A stretch of DNA of 56,014 nucleotides from a virus (IMGVR_UViG_3300049046_000063:1-56014); one strand, 5' to 3'; positions 28,225-39,033 are shown, counted from the first letter of the stretch. Translations and numbers: made by a program. The notes: generated by a model from the sequence alone, not told the origin.

Positions 28225-28453
28225 AACCAGAAGCTCCGGAAGTATCGGAGCTTGACCGCGTACTGATTGCTTTCGGCGCCATCGGCCACGGTCGCCTGTT
28301 CTGTACCTGTGGCTATTTGATTTGGTCGTGTCCGTGCACGAAGGATTGCAACTTCATCCCGCGCATGATTGAAACAGACCACATGCTCTGCGAGGAAGCA
28401 CGAAAGAAACTCGAAGCAGAGAAAGCCAAAAGAGAAGCGGCAGCAAAAGCAAA

Positions 28454-29065
28454 GTGATTCGACCTCAGCCCTCACACGAACTGCGCACGCCGGGATTCCA
28501 AATCGAGCCGTCAACCGAGCTTGGTGACTGGCTGATGAACAGTTTTGTACACGAAGACGGAGAGCTTTCGAACGAAGACCACGCGCACCTTCGAACGGCC
28601 AACATTGCGGCAATCTGGACGAACGTAGAATTTGAAGATGGATTGATGCCAGTGGCGGGAATGGCTGAGATCGTCAGAGTCAACGGTAAACCGTGGCCGC
28701 GCGCGGAACGAACCGATCATCTTTGCCTGCTACACGGAAACATCCCACAAGCTCGAATCTGGCTCTACGCACCGTATGTAGCGATTCTTGACGACGCTTC
28801 ATTCTGTGCCCTCGTGGAGCATGAGCTTTATCACCTTGCTCACAAACACGACAAGAACAACGAACCAATGTTCGATGACGAAGGCAGACCGGTCCTGACT
28901 ACTCGAGCGCATGACGTCTCGGAATTCATACCGGTTGTCGAGCGCTACGGAGTTGGCGCTGTTCATTCAAACGTCAAACGAATGGTGGAAGCAGCGAAGA
29001 AGAAACCGTTGCTCATGGGCGAATCGATTCGAGCGGCTTGTGGCACTTGTGCGGCCTCGGCCTGA
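28454..29065 (+). CDS. Putative phage metallopeptidase
   Basis: H.HL..A.I...W, ALVEHELYH, HDV.EF..VVERYG; typical position before terS. Confidence 0.85.
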   Translation: MIRPQPSHELRTPGFQIEPSTELGDWLMNSFVHEDGELSNEDHAHLRTANIAAIWTNVEFEDGLMPVAGMAEIVRVNGKPWPRAERTDHLCLLHGNIPQARIWLYAPYVAILDDASFCALVEHELYHLAHKHDKNNEPMFDDEGRPVLTTRAHDVSEFIPVVERYGVGAVHSNVKRMVEAAKKKPLLMGESIRAACGTCAASA

Positions 29066-29095
29066 AAAGTCGATTAATCAAAAGAATTCAAAGAG

Positions 29096-29413
29096 ATGGC
29101 GAAACGTGGAGGAAAACGAGCGGGAGCGGGTAGAAAGTCTCGAGTTATCGAGCAGAATCTGAATGCTCTGTTACAGGCCTGTGTACCCGGTTCGAAGCGT
29201 GAATCAATCATCCGGAAGTTGGCTGAAGACGCTGAACATCCATCGTTTCGGATCCGGAACGAAGCTCGAAAGGTTTTGCTTGCCTACATGTACGGCAAAC
29301 CGGTTGAGCGCCATGAAGTCGAGGCCAATGTCGACGTTAACATCCCCTCACCCGAAGAGTTGAAAAAGAAGTTTGCCGAGCGTCGCAAGTCCGTTGAGGC
29401 ACTGGATGATTGA
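29096..29413 (+). CDS. terS: Terminase small subunit
   Basis: RGGKRAGAGRK N-terminus, YGKPVE; overlaps terL. Confidence 0.7.
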   Translation: MAKRGGKRAGAGRKSRVIEQNLNALLQACVPGSKRESIIRKLAEDAEHPSFRIRNEARKVLLAYMYGKPVERHEVEANVDVNIPSPEELKKKFAERRKSVEALDD

Positions 29414-30852
29414 TGCGCGCCCTCACAGATCGAGCGCAACTCCTGACGGAGTATTTGAACCTTCCGAATGCAACCGGAGTCGACGATGCCCGCTGGGAGC
29501 GATTTCAGGTTGCGCACCTGAACGATGATTCGACGTTCAGGCTTGAAAACAAGAGTCGACAGATAGCGTGGTCATGGCTTATTGCAGCCGAAGCAATCGC
29601 GGAAGCAATTCTTGATGACCAATCTTCGATCTTCGTTTCGATCACGTTAGACGAGGCGAAAGAGAAGATTCGCTACGCAAGACAGGTCTTTGAAAACTTA
29701 GAGGGTATTCAACTCCCGAAGATTAAGACGGACAACCAGCTCGAGATCGAATTCGATAACGGGGCACGGTTGATCTCGCACTCTTCGAAGGCGCCGCGCG
29801 GCAAGGCGCGGTTCAACGTTTATTTGGATGAATTCGCGCACGTTCAGCGAGATCGACAAATCTACACCGGCACGCTGCCAATCATTTCGAAGGGTGGTCG
29901 ACTTCGGATCGGTTCGTCACCAATGGGCGCTTCCGGTGTGTTTTGGGAGATCGATACACAGTCGATGCGCGAGTATCCCGGTTACACCCGCAGGCGTACG
30001 CCGTGGTGGGAAGTCGAAGCGTTCTGTCTGAATGTAAAAGAAGCTCGGCACATGGCTCCGACAATGCTGACGTCAGAGCGCGTCGGGATGTTTGGCAATG
30101 ATCGGATCAAAGCGATCTACGCCAATATGCCGCTCGAAGACTTTCAGCAGGAGTACGAGGCTGAATACGTCGACGAAACTACTGCTTGGATCCCGTGGGC
30201 AGAAATCAAACAGAACCAAGACGCGGATTTACTTTGTGCTATGGGTCAGATGCGCGGCTCGGAGATGAGTCGAGTCAACGAAGCTATTGAGAAGCTGAAG
30301 CGCTGGTTAGCCGAAAAGAAAGTCGAAACGGTTTTCTCTGGTGGAATGGATATCGGTCGGACTCGAAACACTTCCGAGCTTTACCTGGTGGGCGAGACGA
30401 CAACACAGACCTACCCGCTGCGCTTGGCGCTGACAATGGACAACACGGAATTTGATGATCAGCAGTCAGTGGTCTCGAACGTAATGGCGAATCTGCCTGT
30501 CAAGAAGCTGCTGATTGACCAGACCGGCATTGGTCGAAACCTCGCAGAGAACGCTACTAAGAAGTTCGGTCAGAAGGTCGAAGGCGTTGATTTCACGAAC
30601 GCCACGAAAGCATTCTGGGCGGGGAACACAAAGATGGTGATGCAGCAGCAAAAAGCGCCAATCCCGGTGGATCGAGAGATGGCCTATCAGATTCACTCGA
30701 TCAAAAAGAATATAACCCCCTCTAAGAACGTGGTGTTTGACACTGATCGAAATGAAAAGCACCACGCCGACAAGTTTTGGGCGCTCGCGCTCGCTCACAG
30801 CGCCGCGTTGACTCCAAAGATGACCGTCACCTTTGGACGCTTCAGAATGTAG
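29410..30852 (+). CDS. terL: Terminase large subunit
   Basis: KSRQIAWS Walker A variant, VYLDEFA, FQQEY, GMDIGR, IDQTGIG, HADKFWALALA. Confidence 0.95.
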   Translation: MMRALTDRAQLLTEYLNLPNATGVDDARWERFQVAHLNDDSTFRLENKSRQIAWSWLIAAEAIAEAILDDQSSIFVSITLDEAKEKIRYARQVFENLEGIQLPKIKTDNQLEIEFDNGARLISHSSKAPRGKARFNVYLDEFAHVQRDRQIYTGTLPIISKGGRLRIGSSPMGASGVFWEIDTQSMREYPGYTRRRTPWWEVEAFCLNVKEARHMAPTMLTSERVGMFGNDRIKAIYANMPLEDFQQEYEAEYVDETTAWIPWAEIKQNQDADLLCAMGQMRGSEMSRVNEAIEKLKRWLAEKKVETVFSGGMDIGRTRNTSELYLVGETTTQTYPLRLALTMDNTEFDDQQSVVSNVMANLPVKKLLIDQTGIGRNLAENATKKFGQKVEGVDFTNATKAFWAGNTKMVMQQQKAPIPVDREMAYQIHSIKKNITPSKNVVFDTDRNEKHHADKFWALALAHSAALTPKMTVTFGRFRM

Positions 30853-30903
30853 TTTTATATCTTTTTTGATATACCGCAGACCTCACGAAAGAAACCTCAC
30901 GAG

Positions 30904-32370
30904 ATGTCAACAGAGAAACACGATACCCCCGACTTCACCAATGCCGCCCACGATTCCATGTGTCCAGGCTGGACGCTTTGGTCCGATGTACTTGGTGGAC
31001 AGGACACAATCAAAGCAAAGGGTGAAACATATCTCCCGAAGGAACCAGCCGAAGATGACGAAGACTATAAACGTCGACTCGCCCGGTCTATCTTTTTCGA
31101 AGATCCGCGTGATTGCACGATCAACCTCTCTGGCATCGTGTTCCGCAAGAAGCCAACGTTAGGTGAAGACGTTCCGGAATTTCTCAGGGAACTCTACGAA
31201 AACATCGACAACGCAGGTACTCACGGCGATGTGTTTCTGCAACGTCTGTTCGAGGATGGATTCTTTGGGCATGCGTTCATTGTCGTTGAGCAGCCGCCCC
31301 AAGATCCAAACGTGAGGACAGCCGCAGATGAGATTGCGGCCGGCAACCGTTCTTACTGGTGTCTGCGCCAGGCTAAAGACGCGGTGAACTTTCGCCCGCT
31401 CATCATGAGAGGCAAAACCCAGATCGGGCAGATCAGCTTCAAGGAATGCACTAAGGAGGCTGACGGACGATTTGGTGAGAAAGAAGTGGTCCGGTATCGA
31501 GTGTACTTGCTCGATGAACTTGGAAATGCACAGTGGGAAGTGTGGCGTGAAATCGAGAAGACGGACGCGCAGGGCAAAAAGGAAGTCGTGCTCGAGGACA
31601 GCGGCCCAATTCTAACGAAGCGCGGTCGACCGATGAAGCGACTGCCGATCGCGGTGCATTACGGTGAGCGTGAAGGATTCCTGGAATCCCGGCCGCCGTT
31701 AAAAGGCATTGCCGATATCAGCGTTTCGATCTACCAAAAGTATTCAGACCTATCGAACATTGAGCACTTTACCTGCGTCCCGGTGCTGGTGATCATCGGT
31801 GACGACGATCAAAAGAAAACGCTCGTGATGGGCGGCAACCGCGCCATCTTCCTGCCCTTAGGTGCTGACGCAAAGTTTCTCCAAGTCGACGGGAAATCAA
31901 TCGAGCACTTGGAAAGAGACCTCGACAACCTCAACAAACGACTCGTAGCAAAAGGTCTCGACTTCGTTAATGATGATCACTACGTCCCACCAACAGCTAC
32001 CGAAGTAATTCTTTCCTACACCGAACGCACGTCAAAGCTGGCGAAGATGGTCCGGAGTTTAATCGATTGCGCCGAAGAAGCTTTGGACATTACCGCCGAA
32101 ATGGAAGGCTTGGACGAAGGCGGATCGATTACGGTTGGCGTTGACGAAACGAGTTTGACGCTTTCGCCCGAGCAAATGCGCATCTTGTCGGATATGAACG
32201 AAAAGGGCCAGCTCAGCTTACAAACATTATGGTCGATTCTGGACCGCGCCGATCAATTACCTGACGACTTTGATCCGGTGAAAGAAGAGGCGCTGGTGAT
32301 CGCAGCAGCGGAGCGGCAAATGGAATTGAACGCGAAACAGTTTGACGCTGGAGTGGAGTCAACACCGTGA
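30904..32370 (+). CDS. Portal protein (DUF4055 type)
   Basis: GE.YLPK...E....Y..RL.R, ENID..G, PPL..IA; follows terL. Confidence 0.9.
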   Translation: MSTEKHDTPDFTNAAHDSMCPGWTLWSDVLGGQDTIKAKGETYLPKEPAEDDEDYKRRLARSIFFEDPRDCTINLSGIVFRKKPTLGEDVPEFLRELYENIDNAGTHGDVFLQRLFEDGFFGHAFIVVEQPPQDPNVRTAADEIAAGNRSYWCLRQAKDAVNFRPLIMRGKTQIGQISFKECTKEADGRFGEKEVVRYRVYLLDELGNAQWEVWREIEKTDAQGKKEVVLEDSGPILTKRGRPMKRLPIAVHYGEREGFLESRPPLKGIADISVSIYQKYSDLSNIEHFTCVPVLVIIGDDDQKKTLVMGGNRAIFLPLGADAKFLQVDGKSIEHLERDLDNLNKRLVAKGLDFVNDDHYVPPTATEVILSYTERTSKLAKMVRSLIDCAEEALDITAEMEGLDEGGSITVGVDETSLTLSPEQMRILSDMNEKGQLSLQTLWSILDRADQLPDDFDPVKEEALVIAAAERQMELNAKQFDAGVESTP

Positions 32371-33037
32371 TCGCCTTACTAATTTTCTTCGCTGTAATTG
32401 CAACCGGCGCAGTTACAATTAACCTTGGTCTGTTGGCCCTTGTGGTCTATCTCTGCCGGTCACGAAGGAAGGCTCTAAGCGCGGTTCAGACACTTAGCAA
32501 CGCGTATCAATCGCTACTCGTTGATCGGGCGTGTTGGATCGCAAGGGAAGAGGCAGCGAGACCGTTTTATGTGAACAAGGGCAGCGCGATTCATTGAAAT
32601 GACGATCTACGTGCTCACATTCAAAGCAACCGCAAGCCATGACGCAGAACGTCGCGCCGGGCTGAATCGATTTTTGAAAGCAGCATTGAGATCGTATGGG
32701 CTAAGATTAGTGGGAATGGAGAAGAGAGATGAACCCGCTCAAGCCACACTTGCCACACTTCGAGATCAACGTTCACCGAGTGCGACTCGTGAGAGACGAC
32801 TCGGCGCCAATAATGCCACATCTTTCAGTGATACTAACTGACGGTGAGAATAACTATGCGTGCGTGAACGTTCCCCTTTCTGAGTTCAAGAGGGCCAGCC
32901 AAGAAGAAGTATTGGCCTACATATTTCAATGTGCCGAGTCTCGTCTACGCGAGCAGCGCGGCGAGCAGTTAAAGCGCAAAATAAACGAACGTTTCAGCTC
33001 TGCCGCCGGCCGATCAATCTTCCGCAGCCTCTTTTAG
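32367..33037 (+). CDS. Two or three small hypothetical genes (32367-32597 with a TM helix, 32599-32841, 32729-33037)
   Basis: Co-oriented ORFs between the portal and minor head genes. Confidence 0.45.
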
Positions 33038-34033
33038 ATGTCTTCAATCCTCTCAGTAGCTCGTGACTTTCGCGCCGAAGTCTTACGCGGCGACAGAGAC
33101 ATGCTGCGTCAACTCTCACAAGCGTATTCACGGATTGATAAATCACTGACTCGTCAGCTTCGTGAGTTACAACGCGAGATCGAACAGGCGCAAAAAGAAG
33201 GCAAGACGGTTAACCGTGATTGGCTCAGGCGATCATTCCGGTATCAATCTCTCATTCGACAGGTAAAGGCCGAAGTCTCGGGATACTCTGCCGGCGTTTC
33301 ACAATTCATCGAAGCGAAGCAGCAGCAAGCATTTGACCTGGGCCAGCTTCACGCAACCTCGCTAATAACTGCGGCGATGCCTGAGATCACCTTTGCTCGC
33401 TTACCTACAGAAGCGATTAATGAACTTGTGGGAGTGATGCAGGATGGTACACCGCTTTCTAAGGTGCTCGACAGGCTGGGCGGTGAAGCAGCACGAGACA
33501 TTCGCGAGGCTCTGATCACTGGATTAGGTTCGGGCCACGGCGCCGCGAAAATAGGTCGATCAATTCGGCAGATAATAGATATACCTCGTTGGAACGCGCT
33601 TCGTTTGGCACGCACAGAAGTAATGCGAGCGTATCGCCAAAGCAGTCTGGAAACGTATGCCGCGAACGATGATGTTTTGGATGGATGGTACTGGCTGAGC
33701 GCGAAATCGACACGCACATGCGCGGCCTGCTGGGATCTGCACGGCACATTCTTCCCGCTTTCGAAGACCTTTTTCCCTGCCCATGTCGCATGCCGGTGCA
33801 CGTCCGTCCCCGCTGTCAAAGGATCGCATCCAGACATTCAAACTGGCTCAGTAGCGTTTGCGAATCTACCCGCTGACGAACAGCAAACAATACTCGGTCC
33901 ATCGCGTTATGAGATGTACGTGAGCGGAACTTCACTTGATGATTTCGTTATTCTAACGAGAGATAAAGACTGGGGTGGAGCGTATCAGGTGAGACCATTG
34001 TATCGGATGAAGGAGCGGAAGAAAGCGGCTTAG
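33038..34033 (+). CDS. Minor head protein (Mu F/SPP1 gp7 family)
   Basis: ARTE..RAY, RTC..C..LHG, P.H..CRC. Confidence 0.9.
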   Translation: MSSILSVARDFRAEVLRGDRDMLRQLSQAYSRIDKSLTRQLRELQREIEQAQKEGKTVNRDWLRRSFRYQSLIRQVKAEVSGYSAGVSQFIEAKQQQAFDLGQLHATSLITAAMPEITFARLPTEAINELVGVMQDGTPLSKVLDRLGGEAARDIREALITGLGSGHGAAKIGRSIRQIIDIPRWNALRLARTEVMRAYRQSSLETYAANDDVLDGWYWLSAKSTRTCAACWDLHGTFFPLSKTFFPAHVACRCTSVPAVKGSHPDIQTGSVAFANLPADEQQTILGPSRYEMYVSGTSLDDFVILTRDKDWGGAYQVRPLYRMKERKKAA

Positions 34034-34052
34034 ACCATTGCGCTTTCGTGGC

Positions 34053-34442
34053 TCACCGGTAGTCCGTGCCATAATCTAGCGCCACTAATCGACCCTCATA
34101 ATAGCCAAAGTTAAAGTAATAGTTATCAAACGGCATTCCCTGCCTGTTCCAAAACTGCCATTCGACCGGACACATGGCCATCGACGCCAGATCGCGGTAA
34201 GGTTCCAAGGGCGTCGCCGGTTCGCAGCGCGGCATGATCACGAGCAATCCGAACCGATCCGCAAACAGGACAGGGCATAGCCTAGAATGGCCCAGACATC
34301 CGAACCGCCGCTCCATTCGATTACAGTGGAAGCCGAGACGGAACAAAATCCAAGACCACGGAAAGAAACGAGGCACTTTGAAAGCATAACGCCGCGTCAG
34401 CAGTACGTTCCGTGTTGCCCCTCGTGTAAATCTCCAAGCCAT
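34053..34442 (-). CDS. Minimal protein-kinase-like fold protein
   Basis: GATRNV, YAFK, E, D-x4-N (DNYYFN) and LVALDYG motifs in kinase order. Confidence 0.65.
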   Translation of the reverse strand: MAWRFTRGATRNVLLTRRYAFKVPRFFPWSWILFRLGFHCNRMERRFGCLGHSRLCPVLFADRFGLLVIMPRCEPATPLEPYRDLASMAMCPVEWQFWNRQGMPFDNYYFNFGYYEGRLVALDYGTDYR

Positions 34443-34447
34443 CCCGA

Positions 34448-34849
34448 TCAGACCTCTTTGGAAGATGAAGAGTCACAGACGGGCTGCGTAATTGCAGAGT
34501 CTATGCGGTTGATGCAGCATTCAGCGATGCGTCCGCAACGCGGGCACGTGCCAACGTGAAATACATCGCAAACCTTATCAAGCGGGACCATTGCGCCGCA
34601 GTCGGCACACTGGAAAGAGTCATCTCCGCAGTAGGGACATTTCATAGTTTTCAGATCACCCGGGAAGGCTTCAGTAGGCACTATAAGTTCACCGTTACGA
34701 TCTGCGAGCGGGATAACCATTGGCCCAGCATGGCTCTCTATGAATAACTGAGCGGCCTTAATGCCCGCCGCAAAGCCTTCGTTGTATCCGTCGCGGCGTC
34801 CGCGCTGATATTCAACGACTTCAATTGTTGGGCGTTGGTGTTCGGTCAT
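34448..34849 (-). CDS. Hypothetical CxxC-rich protein
   Basis: CPYC, CADC, CPRC. Confidence 0.55.
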   Translation of the reverse strand: MTEHQRPTIEVVEYQRGRRDGYNEGFAAGIKAAQLFIESHAGPMVIPLADRNGELIVPTEAFPGDLKTMKCPYCGDDSFQCADCGAMVPLDKVCDVFHVGTCPRCGRIAECCINRIDSAITQPVCDSSSSKEV

Positions 34850-34852
34850 TGT

Positions 34853-35104
34853 TTAAGATGAAGCAGAGGAAAACGAATCGGGCAGAGCATCGGCGCGTTC
34901 AAGGAGTTGCTTCCACACTTCTGCCTGACTTTGCGCGGTGGCATGATCGTCCACAAAGACGAAGCGGTGCTTGACGTACGGCAACGGCCCGCTCATCTGT
35001 GGCAGCGTCTTGACCGCATTAACAGGCTCTCCGGCCAACTTACCCAACGCTGGGATCGCTGCTATTCCTGCGAGTGCTTTAGTAATGAATGATCGTCTGT
35101 TCAT
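34853..35104 (-). CDS. Small protein with twin-arginine (Tat)-like signal
   Basis: MNRRSFI followed by hydrophobic ALAGIAAIPAL. Confidence 0.6.
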   Translation of the reverse strand: MNRRSFITKALAGIAAIPALGKLAGEPVNAVKTLPQMSGPLPYVKHRFVFVDDHATAQSQAEVWKQLLERADALPDSFSSASS

Positions 35105-35198
35105 TTCTTGCCCATGTGGTGGAGTTTAACCATGATGCCGACAAGCATTATCATGATGGCGAAGAAAAACGCTGCCATTGCTGCTTTGTCCTGAGACG

Positions 35199-35771
35199 TC
35201 ACTCTCCAATAACCTCCGGCCAATCCATTGCTTCTACTTCCGCACTGATGCGGATGTCGTTCGCCATCTCGTATTGATCCGTCACGGTTACGCCGTGGGA
35301 CCGCAAGCGTTCGCCTGTGGCGCGGCAGATAACTATCCGACCGTCATGGCGAGCGATAATCGCAAGGCCATGCTCTGCACACCAATCATTGATTTGTGAA
35401 TGCTCCCAGCCCGCGAACGCGTTCGACAGATCGGCTGAGCATCGATCAGTTTCTCCGTGCAGTATGACGTCGCTCAGAATTTCAGCGCGATAGGCGGCGG
35501 GAAAATCCCACTTGCATTCTGGCGCTACGTATTCGTCAGGCATCTGTAACCTATCCCGTTAGAATTAAGTATCATCCCAACAACGGCAAGTTGGATCTTT
35601 CGAGCCACAATAGCGGCAATACTCCGCAAACAAGTCTGCGCGCTGGTCATCGGATAGACGCTCTAATGATGATCGGGCTGTTTGGAGGGCATCCACACAG
35701 TTGCAGGTCATTTCGCTGTCGCATCGCGCGCATCTCATCGCCTCGCATTCTACCTGAATCCAATAAATCAC
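35199..35771 (-). CDS. Two hypothetical genes (35199-35543, 35565-35771)
   Basis: Co-oriented with the counter-strand island. Confidence 0.5.
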
Positions 35772-35871
35772 AAGCTGGAAATTTCAATAGCTAAGAATTC
35801 AGTCTGACCGCGCAAGCCTCACCGTTGCGCCCTCATAGATTCCGATCCGATGCAAGGCAAAGGAGCATTGA

Positions 35872-36639
35872 ATGCCAGAGTTTGTAGTTGATTCGCTCGA
35901 TACGGTCGACGAGTCCATCCGAGGCGCTTACGTTGAAAAAGACGGCAAGTTCACCCTCGACGTTGATAAGTACGCGGAAGTCTCACCCAAGACTCAGGGT
36001 CTTAAAAAGAAAAATGCTGAGCTTCTAACGAAGAACAAAGCGGCCAGCGATGGCCTGAAAAAGTTTGAAAAGTTCGCGGAGTTTGACGAGTCCGACCTCG
36101 AAGAGTTGTTGGAGTTGCGCGCGAACAAAGACAAGCCGGGCAAAGATAATCCTGCTGACGATGAGCGACTTGCGCAGCTCGAGAAGCAGCACAAGAAAGC
36201 TCTCGACAAACTGACCGGCGAAAAGACGTCGACCGAAACGCGAGCCTCAGAGCTCGAAAAGGAACTGAAGCATTACAAATTGACAGTTCCGGTCCGCGAC
36301 GCAGCGGCTAAAGCCGGAGTCATCGCAGAAGACCTTGACCTGGTCATCCTCGACACGCAGAAACGATTTGCGTTGAACGATGAAAGCAAGATCGTGGTGC
36401 TCGATGAAGACGGCGATCCAACGGATATCACGCTGGCAAAGTTTTTTGAGCTCTACAAAGAGCAGCGACCAAAGTTTTACGCAGCCTCAGGCGCGGGCGG
36501 CAGCGGCGCTCCGGCTAACACCAGCAGCGGCACTGCTGGCAAGTCCATGAAGATGGCGGACTTTCATAATCTCGGTCGTGAACAGCAAAAGGCGTTTATG
36601 ACTGAGGTCAGCGCCGGTAAAGCCAAGCTCATCGATTAA
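35872..36639 (+). CDS. Head scaffolding protein
   Basis: Y.EKDGKF.LDV, coiled-coil, GGSGA C-terminal motif; precedes the capsid gene. Confidence 0.85.
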   Translation: MPEFVVDSLDTVDESIRGAYVEKDGKFTLDVDKYAEVSPKTQGLKKKNAELLTKNKAASDGLKKFEKFAEFDESDLEELLELRANKDKPGKDNPADDERLAQLEKQHKKALDKLTGEKTSTETRASELEKELKHYKLTVPVRDAAAKAGVIAEDLDLVILDTQKRFALNDESKIVVLDEDGDPTDITLAKFFELYKEQRPKFYAASGAGGSGAPANTSSGTAGKSMKMADFHNLGREQQKAFMTEVSAGKAKLID

Positions 36640-36740
36640 AGAACGCTTAGGGCGTTCGCACGAAATTCTCACTCTCACCTGATTAGGTCTGGTGATGAGA
36701 CGGCTCATCAACCCTTAACAATCAGGAGACATTTTCTCAC

Positions 36741-37910
36741 ATGGGTAATACCCTCACCGATCTATATCCGACAATTTACGAGTCCTTGGATGAAGTCTCG
36801 CGCGAGCGAGTCGGACTCATTTCAGCGGTCAGCCGCAATTCAAGTGCGGAGCGTGCCGCACTCAATGAGTCAATCAAGGTTCCCATCGTTCCTGCGACCA
36901 CTGCCGAAGCGGCCAACACTCCAGCAGTTACAGCGCCGGACACTGGCGATCAGACAATCGGCAACGTTGAGATTCTGATCTCGAAGTCCTACCACATCCC
37001 GGTGCGCTGGAATGGTGAAGAGACTAAGGGACTGAAAAACGCTGGCACCTTTGGAACGATCAACAAAGACCGTTTCAAACAAGCCTTTCGGCGTCTTGGT
37101 AACCTGATCGAAACCGACCTCGCCTCAGTTTACAAATACGCTTCACGCGGTTTTGGAATTCCAGGCACGACTCCCTTTGGCACTGCCGCAGTCCTAACCG
37201 GCTTCGCTGGTCCTTTGAGAATCCTCGAGGATAACGGCGCGCCTTCCACGGAACTGAAACTCGTTCTTTCCAATGCCGCAATGTACAACTTGCGCGGCGT
37301 TCACTCGGAACTATTCAAAGTGAATGAAGCAGGCACCGAAGAGCTTCTTCGCGACGGCAAGCTGGCCCGTTTGATGGGTTTCGATCTTCACCAGTCCGGC
37401 TTCGTTGCGAATCACACCAAAGGCACGACCACTGATGCTACGTTGACCTCGACGGACTACGCGGTTGGGTCAACCTCATTGACTCTTGCGAGCGCTGGCA
37501 CCGGAACGATTGTCGAAGGTGACATGGTGAACATTGCGGGTGAGAACAACGGGATTTATTACGGTGTTCGCACTGGTGACGCAGATGTTTCAAACGCTGG
37601 GACTGTTGTACTCAACGCGCCTGGCCTAACCATCGCGCAAACCACCAACACATCGGTTATTGCGCCAGCAGCCAGCTATTCAGCCAACCTCGCGTTCCAC
37701 AAAAACGCTGTTCAGCTTGTTACGCGCGCTCCGGCCATGCCTGAAGGTGGCGACGCAGCGGTGGAAGTCCAAATGGTCACCGATCCTGTGACTGGCATCA
37801 CTTACGAAATCGCACTCTACAAGCAGTTTCGTCAGAACGTGATTCACGTCTCCCTGGCGTGGGGCTGGAAAGCAATCAAGCAAGAGCACATCGCTGTTCT
37901 CTTTGGTTAA
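36741..37910 (+). CDS. Major capsid protein (P22 coat-like)
   Basis: NTLT.L.P.IY..LD.VSRE.VG.I, NLAFHK.A.QL.TRAP, TDP.TG. Confidence 0.92.
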   Translation: MGNTLTDLYPTIYESLDEVSRERVGLISAVSRNSSAERAALNESIKVPIVPATTAEAANTPAVTAPDTGDQTIGNVEILISKSYHIPVRWNGEETKGLKNAGTFGTINKDRFKQAFRRLGNLIETDLASVYKYASRGFGIPGTTPFGTAAVLTGFAGPLRILEDNGAPSTELKLVLSNAAMYNLRGVHSELFKVNEAGTEELLRDGKLARLMGFDLHQSGFVANHTKGTTTDATLTSTDYAVGSTSLTLASAGTGTIVEGDMVNIAGENNGIYYGVRTGDADVSNAGTVVLNAPGLTIAQTTNTSVIAPAASYSANLAFHKNAVQLVTRAPAMPEGGDAAVEVQMVTDPVTGITYEIALYKQFRQNVIHVSLAWGWKAIKQEHIAVLFG

Positions 37911-38005
37911 TGAATCGGGTGGTGCTTCGGTGGGGAACCGAAGCCGTAAGGTGGGCATACAACTCCCGCGCCGCCCTTTTCCCTACTAATCGCGAGAGGA
38001 CTCCC

Positions 38006-38230
38006 ATGAATTCAATTATCAAAATGTTTGGACCGGCTTTGAGTGGTCCAGCGCGCCTCGTTAATCGCGACGTCCCGGCTTGTGACGAGCTCGCCTACAA
38101 AGCAGCGGGCTACAAACGCGGTTCGATTCCTGAAGTGGCGGATCTCGTCGACACTCCCGCGGTATCTGAGGCCGCGGCTAACCCGGAGCAAAAACCAAAA
38201 CTTCGGAAAAAGAAAACCGAGGCCGTTTAA
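38006..38230 (+). CDS. Small head-associated hypothetical protein
   Basis: GAGG RBS; follows the capsid gene. Confidence 0.55.
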   Translation: MNSIIKMFGPALSGPARLVNRDVPACDELAYKAAGYKRGSIPEVADLVDTPAVSEAAANPEQKPKLRKKKTEAV

Positions 38231-39030
38231 TGCAGTTTGTAAACACAGAAGTGCCATCGTTCTCAGGTGGTGTTCGATCTGATGGCTCTCCCGCAATCGT
38301 TGAGACGATGGAACTCAAGGATCACGACGGGAACGTGCTGTTTACGTTTCGCAAAAATGCCGAGGGCGGGTTTTCGCTAGAGCCAACGGGCACGATCAGC
38401 GGCTCGCTTGAGATTGCCGACAGTTATTCGGAGGAGGGTCACAGCCATCAAAGTGTGGCTGCCGATCTCGAGATTTCCGCAACAGTCGGCAGCGACGTTG
38501 GCACCGATCCGAAATTCATCGCGCCAATCATGGGGAACCTGGTTGGCGAAAAACCGACAAACGACTCTAACTATCTCGCGGGAGTAATCGGCGCCAACTC
38601 ACTCGATTGTGGTGACAGCGACTATCCCACAGCGGCAGTCATGGGCGTTCTGTTCGATGGCGCTCAAGTCGACTCAATCGTACTTGCCGATCTCGATGGC
38701 GACGACGGTGGCGCGGCAACAAACGCGCGCGCGGCTTTCGGCGTCAAGGTCAATAACAACAATCCTTCGTCTGGCTGTGAGTTTGGTCTAAGCCTGAAGG
38801 ACGCAGGTAACGCCAACTACACCGGCGGCGGCAATGCCTTCGTGCCGAGCAAGGCCGACGTAGAGTTCAGCAACGGGCTCTATATCGTCGCGCTCGACAC
38901 GGCAATCACCGCGAACTCAACCACAACTGACGCTCCGGCCGGATCGCCCGGCATCACCTCTCATGCCACGGGCCGCGGAAAACTATTCATGTCTGACGGT
39001 AGTAAGTGGCAGTTCGCAGTCGTCGCGTAA
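38230..39030 (+). CDS. Putative head decoration/fibre protein
   Basis: Beta/Gly-rich 266 aa between capsid and adaptor genes; position-based call. Confidence 0.45.
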   Translation: MQFVNTEVPSFSGGVRSDGSPAIVETMELKDHDGNVLFTFRKNAEGGFSLEPTGTISGSLEIADSYSEEGHSHQSVAADLEISATVGSDVGTDPKFIAPIMGNLVGEKPTNDSNYLAGVIGANSLDCGDSDYPTAAVMGVLFDGAQVDSIVLADLDGDDGGAATNARAAFGVKVNNNNPSSGCEFGLSLKDAGNANYTGGGNAFVPSKADVEFSNGLYIVALDTAITANSTTTDAPAGSPGITSHATGRGKLFMSDGSKWQFAVVA

Positions 39031-39033
39031 TCA

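Noticed and set aside
29410-30852. Mu-like transposable phage lifestyle (Mu-type terminase motif plus a DDE gene)
   Set aside because: The genome has int/attP and an initiator plus DnaC-like pair, and no MuA/MuB pair; this terminase type also occurs in non-transposable phages.
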